Origin: a bacterium
GTDB lineage: Bacteria; Patescibacteriota; Minisyncoccia; UBA6257; GWB1-50-10
DNA length: 44,388 nucleotides
Assembly (NCBI GenBank): GCA_021801565.1
Contig: JAJYXV010000005.1
Span: 1-44,388, forward strand
Direction of reading: 5' to 3'
Under the pieces are notes generated by a model. That model made no database searches, was not told the origin of the DNA, and was given only the letters and a program-made list of their open reading frames with translations. Of this stretch, positions 1 through 8,881 are shown piece by piece; within the stretch, counting starts at the first letter, position 1; the number at the start of each line of letters is the position of its first letter. A program made the translations under genes and the position numbers.

Positions 1-79
1 GGATTCCGTATCCATTCCGAACCATGTTCACCGCCTCCATACGAAGACGAGGAAGATGAGGATTGTTTGTGTATGCCAT
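1..79 (-). CDS. IS481-family transposase, N-terminal fragment (partial; alternative ATG at 85)
   Basis: Manual translation MAYTNNPHLPRLRMEAVNMVRNGYGI, resembling the HTH start of IS481 transposases; not in the ORF track. Confidence 0.7.
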   Translation of the reverse strand, partial: MAYTNNPHLPRLRMEAVNMVRNGYGI

Positions 80-127
80 GTACATATCGTAAAACCTTGG
101 GTGGTCTCAAGCTATTGAACCATTACA
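1..127 (-). mobile_element. Left end of IS481-family insertion sequence (truncated by window edge)
   Basis: Read on the minus strand from 127: TGTAATGGTTCAATAGCTTGAGACCAC. TGT terminus; shares TCAATAGCTTG..ACCA with the IS end at 44281. Followed by a transposase-like N-terminus. Confidence 0.8.
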
Positions 128-198
128 CCTGGTTGACAAAATTGTAACAATAACGCAATATGTTTTTAGCATCTTATCAACAAGTATTTGAGGTGGAA

Positions 199-384
199 AT
201 GAACAGAATCACGAAGTTAATCGTATTTCTAGCCGTATGCGCAATTTTCTTCATCATCTTTGTCGGAATACACTGGTTCAGTGATACCCCCATCAAGGAG
301 TGTCAAATGGTGCCGCTTGAAATAATTTTTTTCTCTGTGTGCTCGCTTTGGGCATATCAAGAATTACGAAATTGGCTTGAGTGA
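199..384 (+). CDS. Small membrane protein, hypothetical
   Basis: Two hydrophobic segments; GAGGTGG just before ATG 199 favours this start over 160. Confidence 0.55.
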   Translation: MNRITKLIVFLAVCAIFFIIFVGIHWFSDTPIKECQMVPLEIIFFSVCSLWAYQELRNWLE

Positions 385-446
385 CCATCAAAAACATTAC
401 AATATCTCAGAATAGTAAAGGAATGGACAGTATTCAAAAAATAAAT

Positions 447-474
447 AAAGACTCCAATATATATCGGGGTCTTT
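447..474. terminator. Bidirectional intrinsic terminator
   Basis: AAAGACTCC-N10-GGGGTCTTT between convergent genes. Confidence 0.65.
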
Positions 475-477
475 AAT

Positions 478-900
478 TTATAAAACGCCTTTTATCGACG
501 TTATATATTTCCTCAGGCTCTGAAAACCGAATGCATTTTCTGCACGATCGATCGGAACCCACTCCAAACTCGTATCATTATATTCACTTTTTAATTCCCC
601 ACCCACAATTTCCATGTGAAAAAAATGAATGATAATATCATCCCCCGTTTCACTATTTTTATATTCAAGCGTCGGAAGTTTTTTTATAATCCTTGTCTTC
701 AAGCCCGTTTCCTCAAAACATTCTCGAATTGCCTCGTCTTCCAATGATGTGTGACGCTCAACGTGCCCCTTCGGAAACGAATAATCCCCATTGAAGCCAA
801 CGAGTAACACTTCCTTTTGTCCATTGTGTTCCCTTACAATCACCCCACCCGCCTTCAAAAGCTTTTTATTCTCGTCAAAAAGTTTAATTAAGTGTTCCAT
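478..900 (-). CDS. NUDIX hydrolase
   Basis: Nudix box PKGHVE...EAIRECFEETG. Confidence 0.9.
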   Translation of the reverse strand: MEHLIKLFDENKKLLKAGGVIVREHNGQKEVLLVGFNGDYSFPKGHVERHTSLEDEAIRECFEETGLKTRIIKKLPTLEYKNSETGDDIIIHFFHMEIVGGELKSEYNDTSLEWVPIDRAENAFGFQSLRKYITSIKGVL

Positions 901-903
901 ATA

Positions 904-1485
904 TTACAACAAGAGTTTTTCCGAATGCAAAAGCGTGTATTCTGGACCCTCAGGAAATAACTCCGATTCCATAAGATCAATTTCCTCAATCGGAAATGAA
1001 ATTCCTAGTTCTTCATGTATACGGACATCTTTATGCGGGCGCCGTGAAAAACGCATGAGTGTGATATGTATAGTGAACTTTTCAAAATCATTTGATCCGT
1101 GAATGTGAGAATCTGAAAGACGGTGTGAAATATATTCTTTTATTTTTCTCAGTTCTTCAGATGATGATTTGTCTCCGTGTACCCACATCATTCGCTTCTC
1201 TATCGACTCAAAGTCAATATGTTTTAACATCACTGAAATTTTCGAATGTATACTCTCGCGTGCCACTTCTTTCAATATTGAAATAATCTGCGGAATTTTT
1301 TCTTCATCCTGTTCCCCCAAGAAATTCAATGTAATGTGCCACTGTTCCTCTTTTTCTTCTCTTCCATATGAAAAAATATCCGGATCGACTCTATCAAGTG
1401 CATATGATATTTCTTTTTTTATATGTTCCGGAATCGGAATTGCAATAAAAAGTCTTCTTTTCATTATTTTTATAATACCATACAA
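904..1485 (-). CDS. thpR: RNA 2',3'-cyclic phosphodiesterase (2H family)
   Basis: RLFIAI start and two HxT motifs (WHITL, IHITL). Confidence 0.85.
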   Translation of the reverse strand: MYGIIKIMKRRLFIAIPIPEHIKKEISYALDRVDPDIFSYGREEKEEQWHITLNFLGEQDEEKIPQIISILKEVARESIHSKISVMLKHIDFESIEKRMMWVHGDKSSSEELRKIKEYISHRLSDSHIHGSNDFEKFTIHITLMRFSRRPHKDVRIHEELGISFPIEEIDLMESELFPEGPEYTLLHSEKLLL

Positions 1486-1492
1486 TTGAGAT

Positions 1493-1759
1493 ATGAAAGG
1501 AAGAATACAATCGAAAGAATACCTCGAATCATTAAACGAGCGCTCAAAAGATAAACGAGTAAGTAAAAATTATCAACTTATCGGACTTGAAATCGCAGAT
1601 TTATTAGAAGACAAAGCACACAAAGCACTTTATATAAAACTTGCAAAAGAACACAGCGAACAAAAACTTCGGGGACTTGCAAAAAATATTGCGGAGCGGA
1701 AAGATATAAAGAATAAGGGAGCATATTTTATGCACATGCTCTTTATAAAAGAAAAATAA
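1493..1759 (+). CDS. Hypothetical basic protein upstream of def
   Basis: 88 aa ORF in a tight operon with def-fmt. Confidence 0.7.
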   Translation: MKGRIQSKEYLESLNERSKDKRVSKNYQLIGLEIADLLEDKAHKALYIKLAKEHSEQKLRGLAKNIAERKDIKNKGAYFMHMLFIKEK

Positions 1760-1768
1760 TCCAATCCC

Positions 1769-2296
1769 ATGAAAGAGACAATAGTAACGATAAAAGAGAA
1801 AAAAAACGAAAAATTTCTCCGTGAAAAAACGAAGGAATTTGATATATCAAAACTAAAAGATAAAAAACAGGCAAAAGAGATCCGTGAATTAATACGAAAG
1901 ATGCGTGAAATAATGAAACAGGCAAACGGCGTGGGACTTTCCGCAAATCAAATTGGAATTCCAGAACGTTTTTTCGTCGCTCAAGTTCCCGACGGACAGG
2001 GGCATCAAAAATTTTATGCGATTTTTAATCCAGAAATTACGAGAACATCAAAAGAAACAGAAACAGTTGAAGAGGGGTGTTTGAGCGTGCCCGAAATGTA
2101 CGGTCCCACGGAACGCCATTATGAAGTAACGCTTACGGGATATGACCAACACGGAAAGAAATTGAAGATAAAAGCCTGGGGACTTCTTGCTCGTGTTTTT
2201 CAACATGAGGTGGGCCATCTTGATGGTAAATTGTTTATCGACATTGCAAAAGAAGTTCATAAATTTGTACCGTTAGAAAACGCAAAAAAAATCTAA
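1769..2296 (+). CDS. def: Peptide deformylase
   Basis: GVGLSANQIG, EGCLS and QHEVGHLDG motifs. Confidence 0.97.
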   Translation: MKETIVTIKEKKNEKFLREKTKEFDISKLKDKKQAKEIRELIRKMREIMKQANGVGLSANQIGIPERFFVAQVPDGQGHQKFYAIFNPEITRTSKETETVEEGCLSVPEMYGPTERHYEVTLTGYDQHGKKLKIKAWGLLARVFQHEVGHLDGKLFIDIAKEVHKFVPLENAKKI

Positions 2297-2305
2297 ATTA
2301 TATTT

Positions 2306-3163
2306 ATGGATTACAAATTTGCATTCTTCGGCACTCCACGATTCGCCGCAATTGTGTTGGAACAGTTTATCACACAAGGATTAATCCCTTCGGTGGTTAT
2401 TTGCAATCCTGACCGCCCCGTAGGAAGAAAAAAAATAATCACTCCTCCCCCAACGAAACTCCTTGCCAAAAAACATGATATCAAAGTTTATCAGCCAGAA
2501 AAATTGGAAATTGGAAATTGGAAACCTGCCCGTTCCGCAGGCGGGTTGGAAATTGGCGAAGTAGACTTCGCTCTAGTTGCTGCCTACGGAAAAATTATTC
2601 CAAAAGAAATATTGAATACTCCAAAATTTGGCACACTAGGAATACACCCCTCCCTCCTCCCAAAACACCGTGGTGCAAGCCCAATACAAACAGCGATTAT
2701 AAATGGCGATGAAGAAACCGGTGTTACCATATTTCTTATGGATGAGAAAGTCGATCATGGTAAAATCATTGCACAAAATACAATAACCATAATGGACAAT
2801 GACACATATCTTTCACTAGAAGAAAAATTGGCAAAACTCGGAGAAGAATTATTCATAAAAACCCTACCGGAATATATAAACGGAAAAATCATCCCACAAG
2901 AACAAAATGATTCAGAAGCAACATTCACAAAAAAATTTGAAACCCAAGACGGATTTATCTCTTTTGATGTATTGGAGGCAGCACTCCAAGGAGAAAAAGC
3001 GTTTTGGATCCACAAAAAAATATGCGCCCTAAATCCCCAACCCGGAATATGGACACTTAAAAATGACAAACGAATGAAACTTCTCGAATCAGAATTAAAA
3101 GACAATAAGCTTGTCCTAAAAAAAATCCAAATTGAAGGAAAAACTCCGCAGACACTAAATTAA
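2306..3163 (+). CDS. fmt: Methionyl-tRNA formyltransferase
   Basis: FFGTP, HPSLLPKHRGASPIQ and MDEKVDHG motifs; follows def. Confidence 0.96.
   Translation: MDYKFAFFGTPRFAAIVLEQFITQGLIPSVVICNPDRPVGRKKIITPPPTKLLAKKHDIKVYQPEKLEIGNWKPARSAGGLEIGEVDFALVAAYGKIIPKEILNTPKFGTLGIHPSLLPKHRGASPIQTAIINGDEETGVTIFLMDEKVDHGKIIAQNTITIMDNDTYLSLEEKLAKLGEELFIKTLPEYINGKIIPQEQNDSEATFTKKFETQDGFISFDVLEAALQGEKAFWIHKKICALNPQPGIWTLKNDKRMKLLESELKDNKLVLKKIQIEGKTPQTLN
2501..2556 (+). repeat. Heptamer (AAATTGG) array containing a CCTGC..GCAGG palindrome, in frame inside fmt
   Basis: AAATTGG x3, then AAA CCTGCCCGTTCCGCAGGCGGG TTGG AAATTGG; encodes KLEIGNWKPARSAGGLEIG. Confidence 0.75.
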
Positions 3164-3583
3164 ATCTACCACATCTCCTTCTTCTACCTCACTTCCTACT
3201 GGTAATTCCAGTATTCTTCTGTGTTTCGGATTCCAAAAGAAAAATTTTCCTGGTTTCATATTTTTCCTTATTTTTTTTACCATACCGCTTTCATCAAGCA
3301 CTAACACATCAATCGGAAATTTCATTCCGAATGTATGTACTCCGCACCAAAATAATGAAAAGTCAATAACCGGATGAATGATATTCCGAAAAACATGTTT
3401 CATCTTTTCTCCAAAGATCTTATGCTCCACATACGGCACGGGGCAAGTTCCCCATCGTGTTTCGAAATACATCGCATGGGGCATTTCATATTTCAATAAT
3501 CCTTCTGATTTTTCCTTAAACGTCCACGCAACCTCAACTTCTTCCACCACTACACAATTTTTCGTTTTATTAAATACTTTCAT
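3155..3583 (-). CDS. DUF192-family protein with a 36-aa in-frame insertion
   Basis: GLL..., HTFGMKFPIDV and ILELP motifs; extra segment between RWG and VHTFGM. Confidence 0.8.
   Translation of the reverse strand: MKVFNKTKNCVVVEEVEVAWTFKEKSEGLLKYEMPHAMYFETRWGTCPVPYVEHKIFGEKMKHVFRNIIHPVIDFSLFWCGVHTFGMKFPIDVLVLDESGMVKKIRKNMKPGKFFFWNPKHRRILELPVGSEVEEGDVVDLI
3341..3448 (-). mobile_element. Degenerate MITE-like insertion in frame in the DUF192 gene
   Basis: 108 bp; ends GCCCCGTGCC...GGTGCGGAGT are imperfectly complementary; the GGA codon is duplicated at the junction. Confidence 0.55.
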
Positions 3584-3605
3584 ATTTTTCTTTATTTCTC
3601 TCTCT

Positions 3606-3631
3606 GGGTACTATGACGCGTCCTAGTACCC
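3606..3631. repeat. CTATGACGCGTCATAG-family palindrome, copy 1 (one mismatch)
   Basis: GGGTACTATGACGCGTCCTAGTACCC. Confidence 0.85.
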
Positions 3632-3669
3632 CTCCTTCATACTACGTTATAACATAACATCTAATAATG

Positions 3670-3888
3670 CTAAAAGATTTCAAAAACTTTTTCTTTTGAT
3701 GTGTGCCCTTGAATCAAAAACACAGAACTTTTTGAAATATCGAAATGTTCTGCAAGTAATTCCTCAACCCTTTTATTCGCTTTCCCCTCTTTTGCCGGCG
3801 CGTTCGCTCGCACTACAAAATGTATCTCATCAATCTTCTCCACCCCTTCCCGTTTTGAATTTGGTTTTACCAAAACAAAGATTCTCAT
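3670..3888 (-). CDS. DUF167 (YggU-like) protein
   Basis: VKPNSK, APAKEGKAN and GHTSKEK motifs. Confidence 0.88.
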   Translation of the reverse strand: MRIFVLVKPNSKREGVEKIDEIHFVVRANAPAKEGKANKRVEELLAEHFDISKSSVFLIQGHTSKEKVFEIF

Positions 3889-3932
3889 ATTAATATCCTG
3901 TAAATTTGAATTTATTTAGAATTTAGTAATTA

Positions 3933-3953
3933 CCTGCCTGCCGGTAGGCATGG
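3933..3953. repeat. CCTGCCTGCCGGTAGGCA(T)GG palindrome within a degenerate heptamer array
   Basis: TGCCT-GCCGGT-AGGCA flanked by GAATTTA/GAACTTA/GAAATT units (3901-3966). Confidence 0.75.
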
Positions 3954-3969
3954 GAACTTAGAAATTCAC

Positions 3970-4827
3970 TCATCTGAAAAGTGAGTGCAGTATCTCTATA
4001 TTTTTTTTATCCGGACCTTCATTATCAAATCCCGGCACTTCAAGAAGCCAGGCTTTATCAAATATCCTTTTCTCTTGTGCCAGCATTTCAAATCCTTTTC
4101 TCCCGATGTACCCCTCCCCAATATTTTCATGCCGATCGTGATGTGATTCATATGTGGTTTTTGAATCATTGATATGAAGTGCAATCATGTGTTCCAGCCC
4201 GATTTCTTTCTCCCATGCGTCAAAAAGTTTTTTTACACTTTCTTTTGTATAATCGCCGATAAGTCCCGCCTCAAACGCGTGTGCGGTATCAAAACATACT
4301 TTTACTCGATCTGATTTTATCTGTTCATACAAAAATTTTATTTCCTCAATATTTGAACCAATTTTATCCCCGCCTCCCGCAGAATTCTCCATAATAAGAA
4401 ATGACTCTCCCGGAACGTGTCTCAACACCTCTTTCATCCCCATAACTTCTTTTTCTAATCCCTCCTCCTTTGAAATGCCCTTATTCGACCCGAGATGAAA
4501 AATAAGTCCCTCAGCCTCAATTAACTCGGCAATCTTCAAATGTTCGGAAAGATTTTTTATAGATTTTTTATATATATCTTCCGATGCACTTGCAAGATTC
4601 ACCAAATATGCCGCGTGTAAATACACCGACGCAATTGAACTTCTCTTTTTTTTATCTTTAAACTTCTCTATTTCTGCTTCTGACGGAAATTTTGTTCCCC
4701 ACATTTGCGGTGATGATCCAAAAATCTGTATCGCGGTCGCACCAATTGCCTCACCATTTAAAATAGCGTTTGAAATTCCCCCTGCCGTGGAAACATGTCC
4801 CCCAATATGTGGAATGTGTCTTTCCAT
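3970..4827 (-). CDS. nfo: Endonuclease IV (AP endonuclease)
   Basis: IGGHVSTAGG, HAAYLVNL, MENSAG, DTAH, HINDS and DRHENIGEG motifs. Confidence 0.96.
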   Translation of the reverse strand: MERHIPHIGGHVSTAGGISNAILNGEAIGATAIQIFGSSPQMWGTKFPSEAEIEKFKDKKKRSSIASVYLHAAYLVNLASASEDIYKKSIKNLSEHLKIAELIEAEGLIFHLGSNKGISKEEGLEKEVMGMKEVLRHVPGESFLIMENSAGGGDKIGSNIEEIKFLYEQIKSDRVKVCFDTAHAFEAGLIGDYTKESVKKLFDAWEKEIGLEHMIALHINDSKTTYESHHDRHENIGEGYIGRKGFEMLAQEKRIFDKAWLLEVPGFDNEGPDKKNIEILHSLFR

Positions 4828-4829
4828 TG

Positions 4830-5657
4830 TTATGGCTGAAGCGCCTCAGCTGAATTTCCGTTCACCGAGATAATTACTTCGGAAACCGACGGAAATTGAC
4901 GAAGTGTATTTACAATCTGTGAACGTATCGCCGCAACCCTGCACGATCCACCCGTTTGCATAGCAAGATTGAAATCAACTCTCGCAACTCCTCCCTCAAT
5001 TGAAATACTCTGTAATATTGTTTCTTTTGGAATGCTCGTTTTCATTCCTGCCAAGCTCTCATCAATGGTAGTCCCCTTCAATAATTCCTCCATTGTTTTT
5101 TTGGCAATCCCAGAAACCTTGGGAATAACACGGGAAACAGGATATGTTTTTCCGCATTCAAGCATTTGAGGATCTTTGTTTATATCACTGAAAAACAATT
5201 GAATAGTCGTTTTTTCGAGTGAAAAGTTAACCGGAATACTTACTGATTTATCATATTGACGAAGGTCGGAAGGATTATCTTTTTTAAGAATTAATTCACC
5301 TTGTGCAACTTCAGGAGTTCCAAATTCAAGTTCTCCGATGAACGGAACAAAATCCTGCGTCATCCAATCTTTTTGTGCAGTGACAAATCCCTCTTTTATC
5401 ACAATTCCATTTTCATCCTTAAGTACTACCGGAAAACTTCCTTCAAAAAACCACGTCCCTCTCGCTTCACCAGAAATCTTGAGAGGACTCTTCACTAGTT
5501 CATTCGGTTTTGGGCTGAAAACATTTACATCGGAGTTCACAGATTCCCGTGCGGAAGGCAAAAAGAAATACCAATATGCAACGCCAAGGGCGACAAAAAG
5601 TATCGCAACAATAACAATCCATGTGTGTGATTTACTTTGTTTTTCTTCTGTTTCCAT
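4830..5657 (-). CDS. Membrane-anchored Gmad2 Ig-like plus GerMN domain protein
   Basis: N-terminal TM; GEARGTWFFEGSFPV (Gmad2-like); ELLKG, VARVDF and QIVNTLRQFPSVSEV (GerMN-like). Confidence 0.8.
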   Translation of the reverse strand: METEEKQSKSHTWIVIVAILFVALGVAYWYFFLPSARESVNSDVNVFSPKPNELVKSPLKISGEARGTWFFEGSFPVVLKDENGIVIKEGFVTAQKDWMTQDFVPFIGELEFGTPEVAQGELILKKDNPSDLRQYDKSVSIPVNFSLEKTTIQLFFSDINKDPQMLECGKTYPVSRVIPKVSGIAKKTMEELLKGTTIDESLAGMKTSIPKETILQSISIEGGVARVDFNLAMQTGGSCRVAAIRSQIVNTLRQFPSVSEVIISVNGNSAEALQP

Positions 5658-6048
5658 CTTTCTGTGTAAGCGTCGTTTTTATTTCTTCAAGATCTCTTTC
5701 TATTTTATTTATTTTTTCATTCATTTTTTTTATTTCACTTTCTTCCATAAGCACCTCAGTCTCCGTTTTCTCTGTTATTTTTTTCTGCGACCTGAGTCCT
5801 GTAAGAAGAATTGAATCACCAATAAATGAGGAAACAAAAAGTCCGATAATAAGTAAGAGAAGAATGCTTGCAATAACCGATCCTAACCCATCGAGAATTG
5901 GAAAATATTCTGCAGTTTCCCATACTCCTTTCCAAAATAATACAATACCAATACCACCAAGAAACGCATAAAGAATAGGTTCATGACTCAGGACGTGACG
6001 CACTCGATCTTCAACCTTATCAAAAAAATTCTTTATTTTTTCGATCAT
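5632..6048 (-). CDS. Hypothetical membrane protein
   Basis: Two TM segments (GIVLFWKGVW) and a coiled-coil tail. Confidence 0.75.
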   Translation of the reverse strand: MIEKIKNFFDKVEDRVRHVLSHEPILYAFLGGIGIVLFWKGVWETAEYFPILDGLGSVIASILLLLIIGLFVSSFIGDSILLTGLRSQKKITEKTETEVLMEESEIKKMNEKINKIERDLEEIKTTLTQKDGNRRKTK

Positions 6049-6057
6049 GTACTCATT

Positions 6058-7329
6058 TTAACTCTTTTTCAAAAATCCCGCACGTCTTTTCTTCCTATGA
6101 AACGCAATTGCAAACCGATGTGCTTCATCTCTCACTCGTATAAGCGTCTGAAGCGATACCCATAATGGTTTTTCCCCTATAATATCCGTTCTTTTTCTTT
6201 TCACACCCTTCGCCATACCGATAACCGGAACAAGAATATGTATTTCTTTCAGCACATCTTTTACTATATTCACTTGCCCCAATCCGCCATCAACAAGAAT
6301 TAAATCCGGACGCTTCCAACTATTATGAAACCTCCTTTTCACCACCTCTTTTAACATCCCTGTATCATTTTGTCCCTCAACTGTTTTTATATGAAACTTC
6401 CTATATTCGCTTTTTTCTGGTTTATTATTTGAAAAAACAATCATTACCCCAACCGAATTTGTTCCCGATATATTTGAAATGTCATAACCTTCTATTCGCT
6501 TTCCGCCCGAGGCGGGCTGATCGTAAGCTGGCGCGTCTTCGTTTTTCAGCAATGCCGTGTCATTGATATGACTCAATGCAAATACTTGTCGTCGTATTTT
6601 CTCGGCTCTCTCAAATTCCAACCTCTTACTTGCGGTATTCATTTCTTTCTCAAGATTTTTCACAATTTTTTCTTTTTTTCCCTGGAAAAACAGAATGATA
6701 TTTTTAACTGCCTGTGCATATTCTTTTTTTGATATTTTCCCGATACATGTTCCGGGGCAAAGTCCAATTTGATAATTGAAACATGGCTTATTCGCATTAT
6801 TTGTTTTATTTGTGTTATTCGCGATTACTTTTTGATGGTCGTTCCACGGGAAAATTTTTCGTATAATCCGGAGTGCCTCGCGAACACTCGAAGCCGACAC
6901 AAATGGTCCGGCAGCATATTGATAGATATCCTCAGAGGTTTGCATATCTTTCCCTCTTATCAAAAGAACCCGAGGAAATTCTTCGTTGGTAAACGCAACA
7001 TAAAGAAAACTTTTGTCGTCTTTCTCTTGTATATTAAATGGGGGTTGATACTGTTTAATAAGCTTCGATTCAAGAATAAGCGCTTCAAGTGCCGAATCAG
7101 TTTCTTTTATGTCTATTCTTGCAATTCCGCTTACCATTTTTTGAATACGAGTGTCGTGCTTGCCCGCCCGTAAATTCTGATTGGAGGAGGGTGGACGCAT
7201 GAAATAACTCGAAACTCGTCGTTTTAGATTTGCCGCTTTTCCAATATACAAAACTAATCCGTGCGCATCTTTCATAATATACACACCAGGAGTCTCTGGA
7301 ATGTTTTTATATAACTTCTGCATACCCAC
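6058..7329 (-). CDS. uvrC: Excinuclease ABC subunit C (short form, no C-terminal HhH)
   Basis: GIY-YIG (PGVY..YIGKA), UVR domain, RIEGYDIS, PDLILVDGG and RDEAHRFA motifs. Confidence 0.9.
   Translation of the reverse strand: MGMQKLYKNIPETPGVYIMKDAHGLVLYIGKAANLKRRVSSYFMRPPSSNQNLRAGKHDTRIQKMVSGIARIDIKETDSALEALILESKLIKQYQPPFNIQEKDDKSFLYVAFTNEEFPRVLLIRGKDMQTSEDIYQYAAGPFVSASSVREALRIIRKIFPWNDHQKVIANNTNKTNNANKPCFNYQIGLCPGTCIGKISKKEYAQAVKNIILFFQGKKEKIVKNLEKEMNTASKRLEFERAEKIRRQVFALSHINDTALLKNEDAPAYDQPASGGKRIEGYDISNISGTNSVGVMIVFSNNKPEKSEYRKFHIKTVEGQNDTGMLKEVVKRRFHNSWKRPDLILVDGGLGQVNIVKDVLKEIHILVPVIGMAKGVKRKRTDIIGEKPLWVSLQTLIRVRDEAHRFAIAFHRKKRRAGFLKKS
6502..6516. repeat. TCCGCC..GGCGG palindrome in frame in uvrC
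   Basis: TCCGCCCGAGGCGGG; encodes PASGG just before RIEGYD. Confidence 0.55.
6788..6823. repeat. 9-bp tandem repeat x4 in uvrC
   Basis: TTATTCGCA TTATTTGTT TTATTTGTG TTATTCGCG; encodes the ANNTNKTNNANK stretch. Confidence 0.7.
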
Positions 7330-7429
7330 TCACTCTACTCCATCATACCCATAGTTCTCAAGACAAGTTGAAATTTTATATATTCCTTGCTTTCATATAT
7401 ATAGTATTTTCAAAATAAAAAGGTGTGTC

Positions 7430-8062
7430 ATGAAACGTGGAAAACTTGTGGTAATTTATGGAAATATGTTCTCAAATAAAACAGGGACGTTAATTAATGA
7501 AATCGAAACGCTTCGAAATTATGGGAAAAAACGTATCTGTGTGATAAAGCCAAAAACCGATACACGGAGTGGGACTGGATTTATCAAAAATTCAAAAGGA
7601 CTGCAAATGGAAGCATTTGAAGTACCGGGAAATACTCCATCAGAGATATTTGATGTCATACGAAGAGAAGAATTAAAGCAGGGCTCTGACTTTAATATCA
7701 TCGCAATTGATGAGGTACAATTCTTTACTCCTCCTCTGTCCATATTTCAAACAGTAAAAGAACTTCTGAGAAAGGGATATGATGTGATTGTCGCGGGACT
7801 CTCACTTGATTTTAAAGGCGAGCCATTCGGAGTGACATTACAACTTATTGGACTCTGTGATGATGTAAGAGATGTGATAAATCTCCATTCACGATGTCAT
7901 GAGTGTGGTGAACAAGGTGATCTTCCTCAACGACTTGTTGATGGAAACCCCGTTCCATACAACTCTGATCAATTAAAGGTCGGCGGAGAGGAAACATATC
8001 AGGCACGATGTTATAAATGTCATGAACTCCCCGGAAAACCGGATATCGAACATGTTTCATAA
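7430..8062 (+). CDS. tdk: Thymidine kinase
   Basis: GNMFSNKT P-loop, IDEVQF, GLSLDFKGEPFG and the Zn-binding CHEC...CYKC pair. Confidence 0.93.
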   Translation: MKRGKLVVIYGNMFSNKTGTLINEIETLRNYGKKRICVIKPKTDTRSGTGFIKNSKGLQMEAFEVPGNTPSEIFDVIRREELKQGSDFNIIAIDEVQFFTPPLSIFQTVKELLRKGYDVIVAGLSLDFKGEPFGVTLQLIGLCDDVRDVINLHSRCHECGEQGDLPQRLVDGNPVPYNSDQLKVGGEETYQARCYKCHELPGKPDIEHVS

Positions 8063-8075
8063 AAATTTATATGCA

Positions 8076-8106
8076 AAAAAGCCGCTGATATTGCCAGCGG
8101 CTTTTT
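8076..8106. terminator. Bidirectional intrinsic terminator
   Basis: AAAAAGCCGCTG-N7-CAGCGGCTTTTT between convergent genes. Confidence 0.85.
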
Positions 8107-8113
8107 ATTTTAA

Positions 8114-8668
8114 TTACTCATATTTTTCCAACACAAGTGATCCATCGGAAAAGGAGAGAACTCCATCGGGTTCAATTACCCTTGGTTCATTTCCAGTTCT
8201 TTCTCCAGTGATCGAATCTTTGTCCCATATTTTTACCGGTTTGAGCCTGTCGTTTCCCTCAAATCTTGAAACACGGGACACACAAGCAACAGTTATATCG
8301 GTATCATGAGAAAAAATTTTTACCGTCCAGAATGCTTTTTCAAAAATATCGAGAAACGACTTTTTCAAAAGCTCTTCTTCTACGGTATTAACCCTTTCTG
8401 TTCCAAACTCAAATTTTACTGTCGTATAGAACATCTTTTTTTCCGACGTTCTTTTTTGGGCATACCCATTTTGAATAAACAAACCCTCTTTTTCCAAATC
8501 AAAGAAAATATTTTCTAAAGAGGTTTTTTTCCATTCATGGGATAATCCAGGAACTTCCATTCCCTTAAAACGGACAGAATCATCGGGTTTAATCCATTTT
8601 AATGTAGATGGAACAACGGTTGGATTTGTAAACGACACTGCAAAAAAAAGTTTTCTTAATTTTTCCAT
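8114..8668 (-). CDS. Hypothetical protein
   Basis: 184 aa; AAGGAGG RBS, consensus promoter and own terminator. Confidence 0.8.
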   Translation of the reverse strand: MEKLRKLFFAVSFTNPTVVPSTLKWIKPDDSVRFKGMEVPGLSHEWKKTSLENIFFDLEKEGLFIQNGYAQKRTSEKKMFYTTVKFEFGTERVNTVEEELLKKSFLDIFEKAFWTVKIFSHDTDITVACVSRVSRFEGNDRLKPVKIWDKDSITGERTGNEPRVIEPDGVLSFSDGSLVLEKYE

Positions 8669-8726
8669 CTGATCCTCCTTCGGGGGATGTTTTTTAAATA
8701 ATTAGTTGATAATTAATTCTGTTATA

Positions 8727-8755
8727 AGTATAGCATACTATATTGAATGTGTCAA
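8727..8755 (-). promoter_or_regulatory. Sigma70-type promoter
   Basis: TTGACA-N17-TATACT with extended TG. Confidence 0.8.
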
Positions 8756-8790
8756 GTATTTTCTCAATCTCTTCAAATTATGCACATACA

Positions 8791-8830
8791 TAAGAAAAAC
8801 CGCTATGTTATAGCATAGCGGTTTTTCTTA
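8791..8830. terminator. Intrinsic terminator downstream of patatin
   Basis: TAAGAAAAACCGCTATG-N6-CATAGCGGTTTTTCTTA. Confidence 0.8.
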
Positions 8831-8839
8831 TATTTCTTC

Positions 8840-8879
8840 AATCCGTATAAATCCGTTTATATTCGCATCTATCCGTGTT
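8840..8879. repeat. 10-bp degenerate tandem repeat x4
   Basis: AATCCGTATA AATCCGTTTA TATTCGCATC TATCCGTGTT. Confidence 0.6.
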
Positions 8880-8881
8880 TT

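Noticed and set aside
1-147. Plus-strand open frame GFRIHSEP...LTKL*
   Set aside because: Antisense shadow of the IS481 transposase start, which is better supported by motif and TIR.
3970-3972. Possible TGA recoding (code 25)
   Set aside because: nfo, alr and GT4 end at TGA at their expected lengths; standard code 11 fits.
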